Assembly (NCBI GenBank): GCA_009914755.4
Contig: CP068257.2
Location: 14,560,001-14,624,000, forward strand
Length of the DNA: 64,000 nucleotides
Direction of reading: 5' to 3'
DNA from: the human T2T-CHM13v2.0 reference genome, Homo sapiens
Both the position numbers and the translations under genes were made by a program. Positions 58,720 through 64,000 of this stretch are shown piece by piece (the stretch's first letter is position 1; every line of letters starts with the position of its first letter). The notes beneath the pieces are model-generated. The model did not search any database, was not told the DNA's origin, and saw only the letters and a list, made by a program, of their open reading frames with translations.

Positions 58720-58890
58720 TGGTGTTTGGAGGCAGACCAACTTCCAACACTTACTGGCGTTATGACCTTTAACAAGCCTTCCCAAACCTCAGTTTATTCA
58801 TCTGTAAAGGTGAGAATAATTATATTACTGCCTCTTGGGTTTGAGGAGATTAGAGATAATGCAATTGCTGCAGGGCCTGACTCAAAGAAA
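58720..58890 (-). mobile_element. MIR SINE fragment (antisense)
   Basis: tgacctttaacaagccttcccaaacctcagtttattcatctgtaaaggtgagaataattatattactgcctcttgggtttgaggagattagagataatgc resembles the reverse-complemented MIR core (gtgaccttgggcaagttacttaacctctctgagcctcagtttcctcatctgtaaaatggggataataatagtacctacctcatagggttgttgtgaggattaaatgagataatgc). Confidence 0.75.
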
Positions 58891-59410
58891 CCACTCTAAA
58901 ATGTTAACTAGTCTCATTAGTTATTCATTCATCAAATGACAAAATCTGTTTTGCTCAGTTCTAAATAGGAGGCCTCAAAACTTTTAGAGGATGGTTTAGG
59001 AACTTGAGTATAGTACACTAACCAAAGTTCTTGGCTATGGTCTTATACCAATTGAGGATTCTTCAGAAGGGCTTCGAAAATAGGCAGGTGTCTATGACAG
59101 GTCTGTCCATAGCTCAAATTATTTCAAAAAAATTCCTTGCGTTTTCCTTTTGTTCTGCCATAGAAGATGATTATTTTTTTTCTCCATGATGTTGTCTTGC
59201 TTTTCTGTTAGAGGGCTGTCATGTGGTGTGCTAAACTTTTAGATAGCCAGAGATTAGCTATCTAAAAGTTTCAGAATGACTGAAATAGTTATTTTTTCTT
59301 TCTTTCTGTTTTTATTATGTGTCTTTGCAAAGGTTTGTTGAGGGAAAATTACCAAATAAAGTTTGAAATAGTATTAGTACCTTTAAATGTTTTCTTTAAA
59401 ATATCTTAAC

Positions 59411-59457
59411 GATAGATAGATAGATGATAGATAGATAGATAGACAGATAGACATAGA
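59411..59457. repeat. (GATA)n tetranucleotide STR, about 10 units with interruptions
   Basis: gatagatagatagatgatagatagatagatagacagatagacatagag. Confidence 0.95.
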
Positions 59458-61045
59458 GATATATGGAATGCTTCATTACGCATACTAGACACTTGTTGAT
59501 TTTTTAAAAGGAAATGAATTTAGAAAGCAATTTTCCTCGAAACCAGTTTTTTTCTTCTTTGGTAAAGGATAAGTCATTCTTACAACTCTCAATGATGCAA
59601 GGTGAAATTTATCCAATTTTAAGTAGGGATGCTAAATAATGTAGAGAAGACACAAGCACTTGTTTTGGAGACAGAATATTTGCCCTCTGGGCCCAGATGT
59701 GCCATTTAAAATTGAGTGTTCTTTCATTCATTTATTCATTCTTGCCCTTGTTTGGTAAAGGGTATTGGGAAAGATCTGTAATTAAAGATAAAAGTGTAAA
59801 AAGAAAGAAAAATTGCCTTGAAAACAAAACAAAAGTGCCAGCAACGGGGCTAAAAAGATAACATAATGTTATATGCCCTTGCTATAAATAGGTCATAATT
59901 TTTGTTTCAAGATTTCTAGCAGCCAATGCAAAAAAGGAAATCCTGGTGAAATTACACAAGTTTAGGATATCTTCCAGACCACGAATCAACCAGTCACAAA
60001 GAATATGAATACTTATTTTCTTAATATTAGGAACAGAAATCTCCCATGGGTCCTAGTAAGGAGAACATGGAAAGTAAGTGATTACGTCAATTGTAGTATC
60101 TTTTAAAAGCAGTATTGAGTTTTATAAGGAAGTCACTTCTTCTTCAGCCTATACACTTCCATAATTTGGAGATGTTTGGGCTTCCTTTAAGGTTCCTTTC
60201 AGTTTCAACATACGTGACTCTAAGCTGGAACCCGTTGAGATCAGTGAGTTGTTAAATGTGAACATGATCAAACTGAATTAAAAAGCTGTTAAGAAATTAG
60301 ATATCTCATCTTCAGTTTTTGGACTTTATGATTTTTCTTTCCATTCCTAATGTTTTTTCTATCACAGAAAAAAAGTCTCATGGTAACTGCTTTTAATTTT
60401 GACTATTTTCTATTCTTCCAAGAAAATCATTTATTTTAAACATACAACTTATCTTTTTTAGCATATTCTGATTGATGCAAATACTCTTGTATAACTTTCA
60501 ATAGTCAATGAAATATTGGATAAAATGTATTTCTAAGAAGATAGCCATATATGTGTACTTTTTCAAAATTGCTGCTTTTTGCCTATTATTGTTTGCTCGT
60601 TTGTCTTTTGGTTTTGCCTTACTATAATAGAAGACTTATTAGTTATATTTAACTTTCCTCCTTTGAGGAACTAATCATTATCCAACTTAATTCATAAACT
60701 TCACAGATGGCATTTCTTCTTAACTTAGAACTATTTTTGCCTTACTATTCTGATTCTTTCTTCTATAAGACAGCCTCATGAAACCTAAACACCCAACATG
60801 GAAATATTAGATGGCAAATATGTTTTCCATTTTGTTTGGCCTTAATTTTATTCAGGTAAATAATTGGGTTGTGCTTAACTTACATGGAATACTGCAGTTT
60901 ATATGATGTGTCATAACATCAAAGCTAAATTAAGGAACAAGGGAGAGAGTTGTGCTTTTTTCCAAACTAGTACAACTTATAATGTTATGCTGTTTTTTAA
61001 AATTATTGTCAGTCTTGTTTCTCTTATAGCACAAGGTCTCTCTTA

Positions 61046-61309
<264 letters not shown>

Positions 61310-64000
61310 TCAACATTTCTGAGACTATATCTCTTAAATTTGTTTTGCAGCTCTCCAAGGACCAGTTGTTTCTCAAATAACTGGTCCTTGGGGAGCTCAG
61401 TGGATTGCCTGAAAAACTCTGATTGAGTTGGGGAAGATTTCTAACAGGATGGAATATTTGAGATTTACATAGGAATTTTCCAGGTGAAGAAGGGGAATAT
61501 GCCATTAGATCTACAAAGACTGTAATCCAGTAGTTGGGTACTAGAAGTAGAGATGAAAATTTCATTGGCTGTTAAGTTTTCAGCATCAATAATTAGAAGC
61601 ACACTGATACAGCCTGAAACAGGTAACAAGGACACTCACATAGAGTGGATCAAACAAGATAGAAATTTACTTCTCTTTCCTATCATGTCTGGAGGAAGAT
61701 AGGCCAACGAGAGCAGGCATGTGGCTCATCACCTTAAAGATATCTACCGCCTCAGATTCTTTCTATCTTATTATCAACCGTTTTTACATGAATGCGTGAA
61801 GCTTCCTGAACTGTCTGTATATTATGGCAGTAATAGACTATAAGCAGAAATTAATGATCATCTCTCTTTTTTTGTTCACACAAATCAGATTTTGAAACTT
61901 TAAGGTTTCTTAGGGAATTTATAGTTCTACAAAACACTTAGAAATGCTGCCTTCGGTTACGGTATCTCCATTAGGTTCCAATTCTTTGGTGTCAGGACAA
62001 TTTCTTACGTGTTTTGGAGCCCCTCTGCTATATAGCAGACTCTCAAAAATATGTAATAATAAGGGGAGAAAGAAAAGTAAGGAATATGACTTTCATGTAG
62101 ATTTGAAGTTGTAATTTCATTGATCTCGAAGAGTTGGAAGGATTTAGGTAATCTTATGCAGATAATGGTAATTTTAAAGAAAAGGTCTCATTATGTCATA
62201 GTCACTATGTGGACTAAATAAAAGGAAATAAATGAAAAGGTTGTGTTACAGTTATCATTCAAAAACATCCAAATGAAAAAAGTATTTTTTAAATCAGATA
62301 TGCATTTATTTTGGGGTGGATTTTGGCATTATGCACAAGTGTTCTCTTGAAAAGCAATTCATAGGACCCTAACTGAACTTTTGGATTATAACAGAGGTAA
62401 TGTCATTCTGCCAAAACACACTGAAATTAGCAAAAGCCAGTACCCTTACTAATTTGATTCTTATTAAGGGAATCCAAGTGATTGAAAACCTGAGATGAGA
62501 TTTAACTATTTCCGTCATCAAATTCATAACATAAAGGGGAAGCATAACATTGCCAGTTAGGAGAGGGTAAATTCAATTTGGAATTTTCCAGTAGTAGGAC
62601 AAAAAATAATAAACTCATTATTCTCTTCAGATTATTACCATTATTGCTGCTGTTGTTTTGAGTACAATGACTGCTTACTTGTGCTCTCTGACAGTATATA
62701 ACCAATTAGGGGATTTGAAATATAGGGAGTCATTTTTGAACAAGGAAAAGGCAGCATAGAATCTATCTATTTGCATATCTTCAAAAGGATTTATTTTTAT
62801 AGCTAGTTTACCCATTGCCTATTTACATACATGAGTTTGGACCAAATAATGTTCTAAAATCTATCCAAGTTTTTAAAAAATTCTGTTTGGAAATCAAATT
62901 TTGTACTAATTTTGTCAATTATTGTTGTAAAAATCTGAAATGCCAGACCTTTTATTTAAAATATCAACATGGGTATGAAAAATAATAACATGGGAAGATG
63001 GTATCTATCATTTGACGGGCTTTCATCAACCCTGTATGATACACTCCAATCCTATCATGAGCTCTTCGAAAAGGATTTAGTCTCTTTTTGTCAGATGAGG
63101 ATAACCCCAGACATTTAAGGAGCTGATGTTTTCTCAATTCCAGAAAAAGAATTGGAACTCAAATCTGTGAGGCACGAAAGTCCCGAAGCCCTCATTCTCC
63201 ACTGTTACAAATTTGCAGAAATCTGAGTGATATGAAAAATATTTATTTTTATTGATGCTTTATACACATATCCATATTACTTTACATACAATGAATACTT
63301 GTGTAAAATTATTTAAAATAAGGTGCTTCATATGTTCAGTGTTTTGTTTTTGACTAAATAAAATATTTATTGAATGCCATTTAAGAGCCCTGCTACATGT
63401 TGGGAATACAGTTGTAGGCACAAAAAGGCATGATTCTTACTTTTGGGGAGTAAATGGTCTTTAGGGATCATTTGGTTTTTGCACCATAGGTGAGCAGAAC
63501 ACCCAAAGCAATGAGTCAAAGTGGATGATATAATTTTTCTTATTCCCAAATGCAAATAAAATGTATCTTCTATAAAGCAGATCTGTAGTATTTCCAAGGA
63601 AAGTGTTATTTTCATTGAAAAACACATACCATGCTTTCTGTAGACTCTTAAATATCAATCTTCAAATTAAAAAAAAGGTTTTACTTCCACTGCCCTCCCC
63701 AACCAGCCCATGAACATGTGGCGCACACACCAGCAGAACACATACATACATAGAATCTGAAATAAACCTACATGTGAAATGACCAAATGGTGCATCTGGA
63801 TTAGAGTTTTAGACAGATCTGTGCTATTATTTAATTTGTTAGCATAATTATATTTTATGTTTTATTTTCTTACACTTAGGAATTTTTAAACTGTAAAAAC
63901 CTTATATTATATCATTACATTATTACCGACATACCTCATTACATTTATCAACTGGTTTTTTTTTTTCAGAATTTTCAAGAGTTGTAGCACATTCATAAGA

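Overview
The window is human (catarrhine primate) noncoding genomic DNA, not a prokaryotic locus. It contains no CRISPR array, operon, defence system or other novel biological system, and none should be reported. It holds at least 17 Alu or Alu-monomer insertions, many with textbook target-site duplications (TSDs) and A-tail-derived microsatellites. It holds one full-length (~6.4 kb) decayed L1 with TSDs: a long 5'UTR, an ORF1 split in two, and an ORF2 broken into many frames (endonuclease, reverse transcriptase and C-terminal domain remnants all visible). Also present are a THE1/MST-type MaLR LTR, several MIR fragments, a second old LTR/MER-like repeat and many simple repeats, (CA)n, (TA)n, (GATA)n, (TATG)n and poly-T among them. 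The unique sequence is AT-rich and strongly CpG-depleted with no CpG island, which fits a gene-poor intron or intergenic desert. No ORF in the six-frame track outside the L1 is credible as a gene, and most of the longer ones are Alu translations. The only possibly genic signal is a 60-nt open segment with canonical splice acceptor and donor at 26617-26676, and it is unverified. Worth follow-up: a tail-to-tail inverted Alu pair inserted at overlapping target sites, two local segmental duplications (78% and 95% identity), and an AT-rich direct/inverted repeat cluster. Coordinates for repeats are approximate to within about 10 bp.
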